DNA from: Verrucomicrobiales bacterium
GTDB lineage: Bacteria > Verrucomicrobiota > Verrucomicrobiia > Verrucomicrobiales > V1-33
Length of the DNA: 64,000 nt
Assembly: GCA_046155625.1 (NCBI GenBank)
Contig: JBJXFS010000024.1
Span: 14,898 to 78,897 of the forward strand
Direction of reading: 5' to 3'
Under the pieces are notes generated by a model that was given only the letters and a program-made list of their open reading frames with translations, searched no databases and had not been told where the DNA came from. The translations under genes and the position numbers were made by a program. Positions 1 through 10,112 of this stretch are shown piece after piece; the stretch's first letter is position 1, and every line of letters begins with the position of its first letter.

Positions 1-3000
1 CGGCAGCGGGCATGTTAGCGAGGCCGAAGGGGTAGGCGGTGTTGCCGCTGTCCGCGACATGCGCGAGCAGCTTTTCGCCATCGACGACATTGCGCGCCTC
101 GATAGTGGCGATAGTTTCTCCGGGGGGAAGGTCCTGATAGGTCTTGGTGTTCCGATTGGCCAGCAGCGGGAAATGCCGCCTCAGCGCAAAGATAAAGACA
201 TCGGTTTCGGCTTCGGCGAAATTCTCGTGCAGCTCGCGTTCCAGCCTGTAGCCGAGCAATTCGCTCAGACTCTGGTCGTTGCGCATTCCTTCGAGCACGC
301 TCATCGCCTGCCGCACCCGCCACGAGGACAGATTGACCCCGGTGGTCTTGGCGTGGGTGGGATCGGCATTGTTGACATAGGTGCTGCGCAGCACGGCGGC
401 GGTTTGCGCCTGATCGAGCGAGGGGGCGTGAATATAGCCGAGATTGTCCGGGTCCTCCGCCATCGGCCGGCCGACAGCATCGAAGGCATCCCGCACATCG
501 GCGGGAACCTGCGCCGGGGTGAGCGCACTGGCGCGCGGGCGGACATCCTCCAGCCAGCCATAGGCCCCCAGATAGAGGCCTTTGCCCGGTGTCGCGGTCG
601 CATCGGCCGCCCCGGCATTGGTGGCCGGTCCAGCCTGCGCTGTCAGCCGATGGCGCATGAATTCGAGCTGGAGCTGGAAGATCCCCTGCTGCCACGCATC
701 GAGGCGATAGGTGCACAGGTCGAGATGCTCGATCAGCAGTCGTTCCAGCCGCGCGGTCGGCGTATCCACTAGTGCCCGCAGTGCGCCGAGCACGCGGCGG
801 TACTCGACGGCCTCGGAGGCGAAACCCCAGACATTGGCGATGTGATCCTGCAGGAACAGGCTGGCATCGCCGGTGATCGCCTGTGCGGGCTGGTAAAGTT
901 CGAAATAGCGGCTGCCGCTGCTCGCTTGCGCCTTCGCGATATGCAGGAAGGTCGGTTCCTTGCGCGTTATCAGCGGTGCTGTGGGCTGCGCCAGCCGCAT
1001 CCGCATCCCCACGTCCCAATAGCTCAATTGCAGTGCGTGACGCGCGAGGTGGTAGAGCAGTGCGGTGGGCACTTCATCCCCGCTGAAGCCTTTCTGCTGG
1101 CGCAGCGCCTCCAGCGAAGTCTCCCCCGCCGTCACCAGCCATTGCAGGTAATTCTCCCCGCTAGCGGTATAGGCGCGCACCGGCGTGCCCTCCGACAGAT
1201 CGACATCGTCCACGAGGATTTTGCGCAGCAGTTCCTGCCCGTCGTGGAAGATGAATTTCAGCACTTCTGGCGTTTCGTCGCCATTCCAGCCAAGGCTCTG
1301 GAGCAATTGCAGCCCCGCCTGCGTGGTGAGATGTACACGGATAATCTCGAACAGTCCACCTAGCCCCTGCGCGCGCAGCAGATTGAAGTATTGCTCGTGG
1401 CTATCGGCATTGCGGCGATAGAATTCGAGCGAATTGGGCGCGAGGCCGAGGATATCGAGCAGCGTCTGATGCAGATCGCCCGCCCGCCCGACATGTGCGG
1501 TGCCCGGAACAAGCGCGCCCCATTGCTGCCCCGCCTGCTGCATGATGCGATAGAGGCCGGGCAAGAACTGCCCCTTGCCGAACTTCTCGCTCAGGAAGCG
1601 CGAGATGGTTGGCCCGGTCTCGTCATTGCCGTCGCGGCGTGGCAGGTGCCAGCGCAGCTTCGACCACGCCCCGGCGGGGAGGATACCGTAGGGCTGGCTG
1701 CCGATGCGGATCTGCGGCAGGCAATCGCGCGCCAGCACGTAATCCTCGAAATAGCGGCGCGTGTCCTCGACCGTGTCCTTGCCGAGAATGTCGTCCATCA
1801 GCGTATCGAGCGAATAGCCGATGGTGGCGGGCCAGAGCAGGCGGTTGATCGCCCGCGCCTCGGCCTGATCCCGGCCCTCTGAGAAGGGCAGACCGGCAAT
1901 CTTGCTCGGATCGATGCCCAGCCATTCGGCGAGCCACTGCCCGTCGAGCTTGTCGAGCGCGCTGGTCTGCGCCAGATCGGGCGTTGTGCCGCCGAACATC
2001 CGGTTGAAGGCATCCTCGACATCGTCGCGCGTGCTGTATCCGCTCGGCTTCTCGCTGTTGTTGGTCGGCGTGCCCTGCGGCAGCAGGCCAATATCGTTGG
2101 CGCTGAAATGATGGTGCTCGATCAGGGTTTCGAGCGCCGCGCGGCTTTCCACCTCATCGTCTCGCAGGGAGACGCCACACACCAGAATCCGGTCGAACCC
2201 GCGTGACCGTTCGACATCGGACAGGGCAATCCGGAAGCCCAGCCCAATCGTCACCGCCTTGTCGAAATCGAAAATCCACGCCAGCGCATCGGGCAGCTTG
2301 AGTTCGCCGTCGATCTGCTCGATTTCGTCCGCATTAGGGGCGCTGGGATCGAAGCCCAGGGTGACGGTGGAGGGGATGACATTACCGATCTCGCTGCGGC
2401 TATTGGCGCCGGATATCAGCGTGGCGACCAGTCGTTCGGGCAGCACATCGGTGCGCGCTGCCTCGCTCCAGCTAGCGGCTTTCACATCCGTGTCGGCCAG
2501 ATTAGGCCATTCGATCCATGCCAGCGTGAGCGTGGTTGCATCGCGGTCCACTCCTGGCAACGCCTCGTCGAATCGGCGCGGAACAATCGCTGCGGCGGGC
2601 TCCGCCGCAGCGTCACCAAGCGCGGTCTTGAGATCGGCCAGCGCGTCTGTCGCCGCCTCCGCGTCCCCGGGTTTGCGCCACAGCGCCTGCCAATAGGCGG
2701 TTATCGCATCAGCTTCGACGTGCGGCGGCTTCATCCCCTCCACCACCAGCAGCACTTCGCCTGCTGCAGGAGCAGCGGGCGCCTCGGTCTCATTGGCGGG
2801 CCGGTAGGAGGTGGCGATCCAGCGGGCGCGGCCGGTGCCGTGGTTTGCCACCAGATTGCGCCACGCGGCCAGTTGCCGTGCGCGATCGCTCGCAGCGGAC
2901 CAGTAATCGGCCCAGAACACCCGCCCGTTGGCGACTTCCTTCTCGCTCAGCTTCGCCTCGAACCCATCCACCGCCCAGGCATCGGGATAGACACGGATCC

Positions 3001-3379
3001 ACAATTCGTCCGCCCCCGGCGCGAAACGGGTCTCGATCCGCAAGGGCATCAGCAGGACGGGATAGGCATCATCCATCTGCCCCGCGTGGTCGCGCGGATC
3101 GAGCCTGGGGGCGAGATTGGCGAGTACGGCCAATTGTGCGTTATGCAGCTGCGCGAATTGGCCCCAGGCCCTACCTGCCTGCTGGCGTGCGTCGGTGATC
3201 GCCGTCTCGATCTGCCTCGCGTCGCCTTCATCCGCAGTGCGGCCTGCGCGGCTTTTTTGGCGGGCGAGCTTCTGCTGTTCCTGCGATGCCGCATAGGCAC
3301 GCTGCCGCGCGGTATCGGCCTCGACACGAGCCTGTTTGAGCGGGGCGAGTTGGGCGATGAATTCTGGTGTCCGGCTCAT
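1..3379 (-). CDS. Giant hypothetical protein (>1126 aa, 3' end outside window); fourth gene of the DUF6603-like operon
   Basis: ATG at 3379 overlaps the stop of the upstream gene (ATGA). Manual translation gives MSRTPEFIAQLAPLKQ...PVLLMPLRIETRF...LWIRVYPDAWAVDGFEAKLSEKE...WIFDFDKAVTIGLGFRI...LLPQGTPTNN...IRIGSQPYGILP. The frame is open where spot-checked down to base 2. It is probably missing from the ORF track because there is no stop in the window. Confidence 0.85.
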   Translation of the reverse strand, partial: MSRTPEFIAQLAPLKQARVEADTARQRAYAASQEQQKLARQKSRAGRTADEGDARQIETAITDARQQAGRAWGQFAQLHNAQLAVLANLAPRLDPRDHAGQMDDAYPVLLMPLRIETRFAPGADELWIRVYPDAWAVDGFEAKLSEKEVANGRVFWADYWSAASDRARQLAAWRNLVANHGTGRARWIATSYRPANETEAPAAPAAGEVLLVVEGMKPPHVEADAITAYWQALWRKPGDAEAATDALADLKTALGDAAAEPAAAIVPRRFDEALPGVDRDATTLTLAWIEWPNLADTDVKAASWSEAARTDVLPERLVATLISGANSRSEIGNVIPSTVTLGFDPSAPNADEIEQIDGELKLPDALAWIFDFDKAVTIGLGFRIALSDVERSRGFDRILVCGVSLRDDEVESRAALETLIEHHHFSANDIGLLPQGTPTNNSEKPSGYSTRDDVEDAFNRMFGGTTPDLAQTSALDKLDGQWLAEWLGIDPSKIAGLPFSEGRDQAEARAINRLLWPATIGYSLDTLMDDILGKDTVEDTRRYFEDYVLARDCLPQIRIGSQPYGILPAGAWSKLRWHLPRRDGNDETGPTISRFLSEKFGKGQFLPGLYRIMQQAGQQWGALVPGTAHVGRAGDLHQTLLDILGLAPNSLEFYRRNADSHEQYFNLLRAQGLGGLFEIIRVHLTTQAGLQLLQSLGWNGDETPEVLKFIFHDGQELLRKILVDDVDLSEGTPVRAYTASGENYLQWLVTAGETSLEALRQQKGFSGDEVPTALLYHLARHALQLSYWDVGMRMRLAQPTAPLITRKEPTFLHIAKAQASSGSRYFELYQPAQAITGDASLFLQDHIANVWGFASEAVEYRRVLGALRALVDTPTARLERLLIEHLDLCTYRLDAWQQGIFQLQLEFMRHRLTAQAGPATNAGAADATATPGKGLYLGAYGWLEDVRPRASALTPAQVPADVRDAFDAVGRPMAEDPDNLGYIHAPSLDQAQTAAVLRSTYVNNADPTHAKTTGVNLSSWRVRQAMSVLEGMRNDQSLSELLGYRLERELHENFAEAETDVFIFALRRHFPLLANRNTKTYQDLPPGETIATIEARNVVDGEKLLAHVADSGNTAYPFGLANMPAA

Positions 3380-6300
3380 GTGGAACTCCTCGGCAGCATG
3401 TCGGCGGCATGAACGGCAACCATCACCGGCAATTGGTACAGAATATAGGCAAGGTCGCCCGCGTGGATGCCATTGGTCCAGGCCACATGCTGGTCATCCA
3501 CCCATTGTTCGTGGCGCTCGTCGCTGGCGGCGGGTTCCCCCAGCGCATGCGCTTGCTGCGCCCTCAGGTATGCGGTGTTCGCATCCAGCGTGACATCTGA
3601 CCAGGCAAGATCGCTCCAAGTCGCCAGACTTGCCCCCGCCTCGCGTTCGATATCGAGGCCGAAGCGTGGTTCCCCAGGGCGCTCCTTGATGATGAAGAAC
3701 CAGCCCGGATCGTCACCTGCAATATCGCCGCTCTCGCCCTGCGCTTCCAGCGCTGTGAGATCGAAGCCGAAGAAGTAGATGTCCGGCCGCGCTTTGGCTT
3801 CATAGATCGGGGTCTTAATCAGGCTTTCGGGCGGATTGGCTTCCTGCGCCGGGGTCAGGCGCACGGGCATACGCTCCACCTTGTTGTTGATGCTTCCGTC
3901 GGCATTGGTCTGCCACGCGGCGCGCTGAGCATAGATCACAGCATTGGGATAGCGTTTGAGCAAATCGCCGCGGATTACCAACACCAGCTCGTTCTCCGCC
4001 GCGCCGCCCTGGTCTTGTTGATCGTGATCGCCCAGCTTCGAGGCGCGCGGCCAGGTGTGGATTGGCGGAATGTCGCGCAATTCCTCCTTCAGTGTCGCAT
4101 CGTCCTTGCCCTGCCGGTCGAGATAGGAGCTGACATCCCAGAACTGGCGGAAGCTGGTGGCGCGGTTGTCGGTGGGGTAGTTGCGCCAGTGCATTTCGCG
4201 GCAGAATTCGTGGTTCAGCCCCAGCATATAGGCTTCGATAAACGGCTGGTTGGTTTCCAGCAGGCTGATCGAATTCTGCGCCACGAATTGCAGATTGGGC
4301 ACAAAATGTTCGTCCGAGATTTCGAGCAGGAACTGGTAGGTCGGGGTGTCGAATTCTGGATAGGCCATCACCGGGGCGAAGGTTTCGCGCTGGATGTCGG
4401 CAATGCGCTGAGGGATCTGGATCAGCGGCTGGAACTTGGCGGGCAACACGCGCTTGGGATCGGTTGCGGTGAACAGCTCGCCTGCGAATTGCCCCATATC
4501 GATAGCCTTGTTGGGCCGCACCGGGGCCGTACCGAAGGCCACCTTGTCATCGGCAAAGGTTCCCCGCAGCGCGTCCTTGTAGCGCGTCAGCTCGACGCTG
4601 TCGGTGCCGAAGCCTTGCAGGCGGATAATCGGCGCGGCGGGGATCGCCACCGCATAGGGATCGGCGAGAGTGAAATCGGGGCTGACCGGCATCGCATCGA
4701 CGACCGAGGGATCGGGCGGTAGCGGCGTCACCTGCTCGCCCGTCTTCGGATCGGTGGTGGTTCCCGTTCCCAGTCCTGTCGGTTTCGAGTTGGTCGTGAA
4801 CAGTCGGTAGCCAAAGAAAGCCATGGCGAGCAGCAGGATCAGCGCCAGTGGCCAGTAGCCGAACAGCAGCAACAACAGCGCCAGCAGCAGCATCCCCAGC
4901 AGCGTCAGCCGCATGTTGCGCACGACAGGCAGCGTCTGCTCCGCATCGTTGGGCGGGATGGCTGACGGCGTAGGCACACCATCGGGCGCGGTCTTGGGCG
5001 GGGCGGTGGTGACCTCGCCCTCGGCCACGCGGGTGACGATGTCCTTCTCCGGCTCCGCCCGGCCGGCGGAGACGCGTTTGACGAAGGGGGAGCGGGGCCG
5101 AATCGCGCGGCGCAACGCGCTGCCCAGCATCACTGGCGGCACCACGCTGTCGCGGATGCGCGCCACAGCGTTGATTCCGCCGGTCATGATCCGCCGCGCC
5201 ATCGGAAACATCGTTTGCACGAACAGCCCCGGTGCCCGGTCACGAATGCCCGCCAGATGAACGCCATGCCAGACCAGGCTGGTGGCCAGCCCCAGCCGGA
5301 TAAACCGCAGGCGACGGTTGGCGGCGAGCACGTCGCCGACCTGCGACCAGGCCCCCTCCATGAAGCCTTCCTGATGCCGCTGCACCACCATCGTGCCGAA
5401 GTTCGCCGTCGACCGGTGGGTGGGGTCGAGATTGGCCTCGTGCAACCAATTGTCGTTGTTCGGCAGCGGATTGCCTCCCGGGTCGTTCAGCACGCGGGGG
5501 CTCCGGGCGTGCCACTGGCCGTAGATCGGCGGGACGATCAGCGGATCGTCGATATCGGCGGGATCGATGGCGATGCCCGAGGCGGCATTGGCCGCCCCGG
5601 CGGTGGCGCGCGAGTAATCGTCGCCCAGATTGAGAAATGCCGCCAGCTCGCTCTGGAAGCCCACGGGGTAGGGGTTGTCCCAATCCTTGTAGGCGTTGGC
5701 GATGTCCTTCTCGGCCTGTGTCAGCGTGTCGAAGGGCACTTGCAGCGCGCCGCCCAGTCGCAGCACGCCATCAAGCCCCGGCTTGTCGATCCCGCTGATA
5801 TTGCTGCCCGGCGCTGTGACATCGATATTGCGGCGGCCGATCCGCGAATCGGCCGAGCGCGGTTGCAGCAGGCGGACGAGATATTCGAAATCGCCGCGCT
5901 CCGACGTTTCGAATTGCCAGTGGTGATAGACCGGAATGCTTTGCGGTTCCGCCGCCGTCCCGCCGCCGGGATAGGGCTGCCGCCACGCCCCATGCTGCGC
6001 GCTGGGGGCAGTGGTGATGTCGAGCCCGAGCCCCGCCAGCCGCCCGGTCTCGAATGTGGGCACCAAATAGGCGTGATACTGGGTCTTGGGATCGAGCCTC
6101 CGCCCGCAGACGATGCGGGCATAGGCGAGATCAGGATCGCGGGCGATCAGGCTGGCGAGCGCCGATGTTGTCGCGGCTTCGGTGGCCGATTGCACCGCCT
6201 CGCCGGTGAGCGATTCATTGGTGTGGACATGCGACCAGGCCCAGCTTTCGGCCAGATCGGGCAGGCTGGCATCCGGGTCCTCGACATGGATGAACGGCAG

Positions 6301-6705
6301 CCGGCGGCCCGGCTGGCTGCGCAATTCGTGCTCATCGGTCCGCAGCACTACCAGCGCCAGCCACGGCCGCAATCGTTCGCCCACCGGCGCTTCGGGCGAA
6401 TAGGCCCAGGGCAGGCCTTCGTCATACAGCTCGATAAAGGGCAGGTAATTGGGCTCGAAATCGGTCACCCAGTGGCGCGGTTCGGTGCGGATGATCTGCC
6501 CTGCATCCAGCCCGACGATATCGCCCGGACCATACAGCTCCACCGTCTTGTCCACAGTGCCCGCCACCGGGTTCGCCCCGCCCGCACCGCTGATGGCAAG
6601 GCGCACATCGGCGGTCGCCCGCAGCGCGCCTGGCACGGGATTGCTCAGCGCGTTGGACAGGCCCTGCCGCACCCAGGGAATGAAGGAATTGCGCCCCAGA
6701 GTCAT
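3376..6705 (-). CDS. Large hypothetical protein (1109 aa) with central transmembrane hairpin
   Basis: Long ORF with ATGA overlaps at both ends. Hydrophobic stretch LTLLGMLLLALLLLLFGYWPLALILLLAMAFFGYRLF. Confidence 0.9.
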   Translation of the reverse strand: MTLGRNSFIPWVRQGLSNALSNPVPGALRATADVRLAISGAGGANPVAGTVDKTVELYGPGDIVGLDAGQIIRTEPRHWVTDFEPNYLPFIELYDEGLPWAYSPEAPVGERLRPWLALVVLRTDEHELRSQPGRRLPFIHVEDPDASLPDLAESWAWSHVHTNESLTGEAVQSATEAATTSALASLIARDPDLAYARIVCGRRLDPKTQYHAYLVPTFETGRLAGLGLDITTAPSAQHGAWRQPYPGGGTAAEPQSIPVYHHWQFETSERGDFEYLVRLLQPRSADSRIGRRNIDVTAPGSNISGIDKPGLDGVLRLGGALQVPFDTLTQAEKDIANAYKDWDNPYPVGFQSELAAFLNLGDDYSRATAGAANAASGIAIDPADIDDPLIVPPIYGQWHARSPRVLNDPGGNPLPNNDNWLHEANLDPTHRSTANFGTMVVQRHQEGFMEGAWSQVGDVLAANRRLRFIRLGLATSLVWHGVHLAGIRDRAPGLFVQTMFPMARRIMTGGINAVARIRDSVVPPVMLGSALRRAIRPRSPFVKRVSAGRAEPEKDIVTRVAEGEVTTAPPKTAPDGVPTPSAIPPNDAEQTLPVVRNMRLTLLGMLLLALLLLLFGYWPLALILLLAMAFFGYRLFTTNSKPTGLGTGTTTDPKTGEQVTPLPPDPSVVDAMPVSPDFTLADPYAVAIPAAPIIRLQGFGTDSVELTRYKDALRGTFADDKVAFGTAPVRPNKAIDMGQFAGELFTATDPKRVLPAKFQPLIQIPQRIADIQRETFAPVMAYPEFDTPTYQFLLEISDEHFVPNLQFVAQNSISLLETNQPFIEAYMLGLNHEFCREMHWRNYPTDNRATSFRQFWDVSSYLDRQGKDDATLKEELRDIPPIHTWPRASKLGDHDQQDQGGAAENELVLVIRGDLLKRYPNAVIYAQRAAWQTNADGSINNKVERMPVRLTPAQEANPPESLIKTPIYEAKARPDIYFFGFDLTALEAQGESGDIAGDDPGWFFIIKERPGEPRFGLDIEREAGASLATWSDLAWSDVTLDANTAYLRAQQAHALGEPAASDERHEQWVDDQHVAWTNGIHAGDLAYILYQLPVMVAVHAADMLPRSST

Positions 6706-9700
6706 GCCGTGATCCTCGCTTCGAAAGTCTCGACCACGTGCAATTCATTGGCCTTGGCCGCGCCGGAGGCGATCTGGTCGCTGAGGAAGGCCTCCGCTTC
6801 GGCCTGGCTGGAAAATCCGATGTGCGCGGCGCTGCCCGCCAGATTGGTATCGACCTGCACAACCGCATAGGCCCCCGGCGCGATGGCCACGCCATCGTCA
6901 TGCGGGTTGATCTTCTTTTTCGCCGCCTTGGACATCGCCAGCTGCGTTACCGCCGCACCTTTGAGGAAATGCGCGAACAGGCTGCTGGCCAGCCCCCAGT
7001 AGCGCCGCAGCTTGCTGCGGTAGGCATTGTCGATCACCGAGAGTTCGTAGCGCGAGGTACGGGTGGCGGCGCGCAGGGCCTTGAGGTCGCCCCCCGCTGC
7101 CCCCAGCATCAACCCGCTGGGCTGCGATTCATAGCCCTTGCTCGATAGCTTCTGGCTGTCGCTCAGATCCTTGTACTGGCCGGTGGCGAAGCTGTCGCGC
7201 GCCTCGTCCAGCCGGGCGAATAGCGCGCTGTCGCTGGTGACCGAGAAGCGTTTGGCATCGCTCACCGCCTGATTGCCGACCTTGTCGATATCGATATCCA
7301 GCGGGATCGCCCGCTGGGCGATCTTGAGCTTGCCGAGCGGATGCAGGACCAGCGACTCGGTCGGTTCCAGTTCGCGCAATGTGGTGGACAGCGATTGCGA
7401 CGCGGGCAGCAGCGCCGTCCAGTTCTCCAGCTTTGCGAATTCGATTTCGAGGATAGGCAGCGCCGGGATGCTCGGCAGGCTGGTGTCCTCGCTGTCGCCC
7501 CAGGTCTCGTCGAAATCGGCGCTGATTTCGAAGAACAGCAGGCTGACCGAACCCTGGCCGCGCGCCCGCCATGGGGTCGGCCCTTCCAGCGTGAAGCTCA
7601 GGCTGACCGTCAGCAGATCGAGCCCGAACACCCTGAGCGACAGCCGCCCGGATATCTGCACGATCATGTAGAAGGGCGAGAACTGGAACAGCGCGTCGAG
7701 CGAGAGATAGCCGCTGATCGAAAATTCGCTGAAGCCGAAGAAGATATCCAGCTTCGCCCCGAACTGCACCGTGTTGGACGTGACCGCGAAATAGCCTTCC
7801 ACGCGGATGCGGCCCCAGCTTTCGTTGAGGATGCTCACCGCGATCCGGCGCGGGGTGGGGAAGGGCAGCGGCGGTGGCTGGAACACCGGATGGAAGCCGC
7901 CCACCGAGATGACGAAATTGGGATCGTCCCCCCAGGCGATCAGCAGCCCCATCTCGCCTTCCAGCGTCATGAACAGCACGCGCGAACCGAACAGCGAGGC
8001 GAAGAACCAGGCGCGGCTCTTGTCGAATTCGATCGCGCCGATGAAACTGACCTGAAGGACGAGCAGCGCGGCATCCTCGTCCGGCAGCACCACTTTCAGC
8101 ACGCCCAGAATGGCGATATTTCCCGGCGGAATCTCGATCACCACGCCGAGCGAGAGCGAAATCAGCGTCGGCGTGCCCCAGCCGATCTTTGCCAGCGGGC
8201 CGATGACAAACGTGTCCACCTCGATCGGGAAGAACCGCTTGAGATCGGCGATGATCTGTTGCGCATTGGCGATCACGTCGGTGGGGAACATGACGTTGTC
8301 GATGGAGCCTTCGCGCACGCCATCGGCCAGCGCGTCCAGCGCCATGCCGCGATGGAGCCCGAGAATACCGCCGACACCGAGCAGGGTGAAGCCGAATCCC
8401 AATTGCAGGCCGGAGCCGAATTCTGCGGTGATGACGATCAGCAGCGAGAAGCCGTCGCTGCCGTCGGGCATCTTGGTGGCGATCAGCCCGATCGCCTTGA
8501 CCGCGACGATGTTGGCGAGGTTCAGTTCCAGCGCGCCGGCATATTCGCCGTTCTCGTAATCGAAATACAAATAGCCGCCGCCGCTGACTACGCCCGCATC
8601 CAGCGCCAGCCCCGCGCCCACCGGCGGCTTGAACTTGCCGCCGATGTTGAGCGGACCGGCGTTACCGCCCTGGCCGGGGAAGCTCAGTTCGATTGTCGCG
8701 CCGATTTGCTCCACGCTAGCGCTGAGCGGGCCGAGATTGGCGGCGATGTTGCAGGCGAGCGTGATCGGGAATTTGCCGCCGTCTATCCCCACCGTCAAAG
8801 TCAGCGCTTCGAGCGCGATCGGGCCGAGATCGACATGCGCGGGCAGCTGGATCGTCAGCGAATGGCTGCCGGTGAAGCGGATGCCGGCGCCTGCCGTCCA
8901 GCTCACCCCGACATCGAAATCCGCTTCCAGATTGACGCCCGAGAGCAGGTCGGCGAGGAAGCCGTCGGCCCCGTCGGCGCTGATCCGGAGCTTGCCGCCT
9001 TCAAGCTGTGCCTCGAAGCCGACATCGCCCTCGGCCTGCCCGCCCGACCAGGCAAATCCGGCGAGCACCCCGGCCCTGATCTTCTCGACGAACAGGCCGG
9101 TGCCGCCAGTGATGCCAAGCAGGGTCAGGCTTGTGGCCGGGGCGACAGGCACGAAGGCGAAGCCGATGCCGACCTGTCCGTTGGCATCGCCCGAGGGCGG
9201 GATCACCACGATATCGGCAGGCGGGCGGATCGAGATGCCAGTGGAGGCAGAAAGCGCCCCGCGCGCGCTGATATCGGCGAGCAGCCCGTCGGCAACGGGG
9301 ATTTCCAGGGCGAGGCCGTCTGTCAGTCCCAGTGTGATCTCGGCATCGAGACCCGGCGGGTTGATGCCCAGGGTTTCGGTAAGCGAAAAGAAGGAGATTT
9401 CCAGCCGCTCGCGATCGTCGATTTTGACCCGGGAAGCCGGCAGGCCGAGAACTTGCAGGACCGCCGCCAGCCGCCCGATCAGCGCCGCGCCGTCAAGCGC
9501 GGGCGTGCCCCAGCCGTAAAGGTCCTGCACCAGCGCGCCGGGATCGGTGAATAGCGTCTCAATCCGGTCGAAACGCAGCCGCTTGCGTTCGTATTCCACC
9601 AGCTGCATGTCGGGCACGCCGACATTCGCCCGCTCGACCTCCACCACGCCGAAGAAGTGCAGGATGGTGTAGAGGACCGGCACATGATGCTGGAGGTGTT

Positions 9701-10112
9701 CGACCAGCACCAGCTCGCTCGCCCGCTGCGCCACATCGCCCATGAAGGCGCCAAGCTCGACGGCGGTCAGGCCGGGCACGCCGATATTCTCGATCTCGCT
9801 GACGATGGTCTCCACCGCCACCACGATCGCCCGGACCTGTTCGACGATCTCCACCGCCTTGGCGATGATCTCGCCGGTGTTTTCGGCTTCCACCGCCGCG
9901 ATCAGTTCGGGCAGCACTTCCTGCAACACGCCTGCCGCCGAAGCGGTGGAGGCGAAGGCGTTTTCCAGCGCCGGGGTGAACACGGTCAGCGGGACATCGA
10001 CGCCGAGCATGTTGAAGAAACGGCGGGCGTGCCCGCCTTCGAGCCTGCTGGTCAGCGGTTCGGTGGCCATCGCGAGGGCGCGGCCGATCTGGGCAAGCGT
10101 GCTCTCACTCAT
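6702..10112 (-). CDS. DUF6603-like domain protein (1136 aa)
   Basis: Start reassigned to ATG 10112 (MSESTLAQ; GGGAG RBS; 8-bp overlap with upstream stop). Gly/hydrophobic alternating beta-rich region with GGGYLYFD...EYAGALEL, LGFGFTLLGVGG, ISVGGFHP, YFAVTSNTVQFGA, LEGPTPWRARG, recalled as typical of DUF6603 proteins. Confidence 0.8.
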   Translation of the reverse strand: MSESTLAQIGRALAMATEPLTSRLEGGHARRFFNMLGVDVPLTVFTPALENAFASTASAAGVLQEVLPELIAAVEAENTGEIIAKAVEIVEQVRAIVVAVETIVSEIENIGVPGLTAVELGAFMGDVAQRASELVLVEHLQHHVPVLYTILHFFGVVEVERANVGVPDMQLVEYERKRLRFDRIETLFTDPGALVQDLYGWGTPALDGAALIGRLAAVLQVLGLPASRVKIDDRERLEISFFSLTETLGINPPGLDAEITLGLTDGLALEIPVADGLLADISARGALSASTGISIRPPADIVVIPPSGDANGQVGIGFAFVPVAPATSLTLLGITGGTGLFVEKIRAGVLAGFAWSGGQAEGDVGFEAQLEGGKLRISADGADGFLADLLSGVNLEADFDVGVSWTAGAGIRFTGSHSLTIQLPAHVDLGPIALEALTLTVGIDGGKFPITLACNIAANLGPLSASVEQIGATIELSFPGQGGNAGPLNIGGKFKPPVGAGLALDAGVVSGGGYLYFDYENGEYAGALELNLANIVAVKAIGLIATKMPDGSDGFSLLIVITAEFGSGLQLGFGFTLLGVGGILGLHRGMALDALADGVREGSIDNVMFPTDVIANAQQIIADLKRFFPIEVDTFVIGPLAKIGWGTPTLISLSLGVVIEIPPGNIAILGVLKVVLPDEDAALLVLQVSFIGAIEFDKSRAWFFASLFGSRVLFMTLEGEMGLLIAWGDDPNFVISVGGFHPVFQPPPLPFPTPRRIAVSILNESWGRIRVEGYFAVTSNTVQFGAKLDIFFGFSEFSISGYLSLDALFQFSPFYMIVQISGRLSLRVFGLDLLTVSLSFTLEGPTPWRARGQGSVSLLFFEISADFDETWGDSEDTSLPSIPALPILEIEFAKLENWTALLPASQSLSTTLRELEPTESLVLHPLGKLKIAQRAIPLDIDIDKVGNQAVSDAKRFSVTSDSALFARLDEARDSFATGQYKDLSDSQKLSSKGYESQPSGLMLGAAGGDLKALRAATRTSRYELSVIDNAYRSKLRRYWGLASSLFAHFLKGAAVTQLAMSKAAKKKINPHDDGVAIAPGAYAVVQVDTNLAGSAAHIGFSSQAEAEAFLSDQIASGAAKANELHVVETFEARITA

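Noticed and set aside
15-3412. ORF-track entries such as 15..1019(-), 59..772(+) and 2720..3412(+)
   Set aside because: Off-frame or antisense shadows of the giant minus-strand gene starting at 3379; their translations are Arg/Ala/Gly-rich with no motifs.
5215-9554. Long plus-strand ORFs 5215..6870 and 7341..9554 (similarly 35622..37757 and 50952..52877)
   Set aside because: Antisense open frames expected in high-GC coding DNA; they mirror well-supported minus-strand genes.
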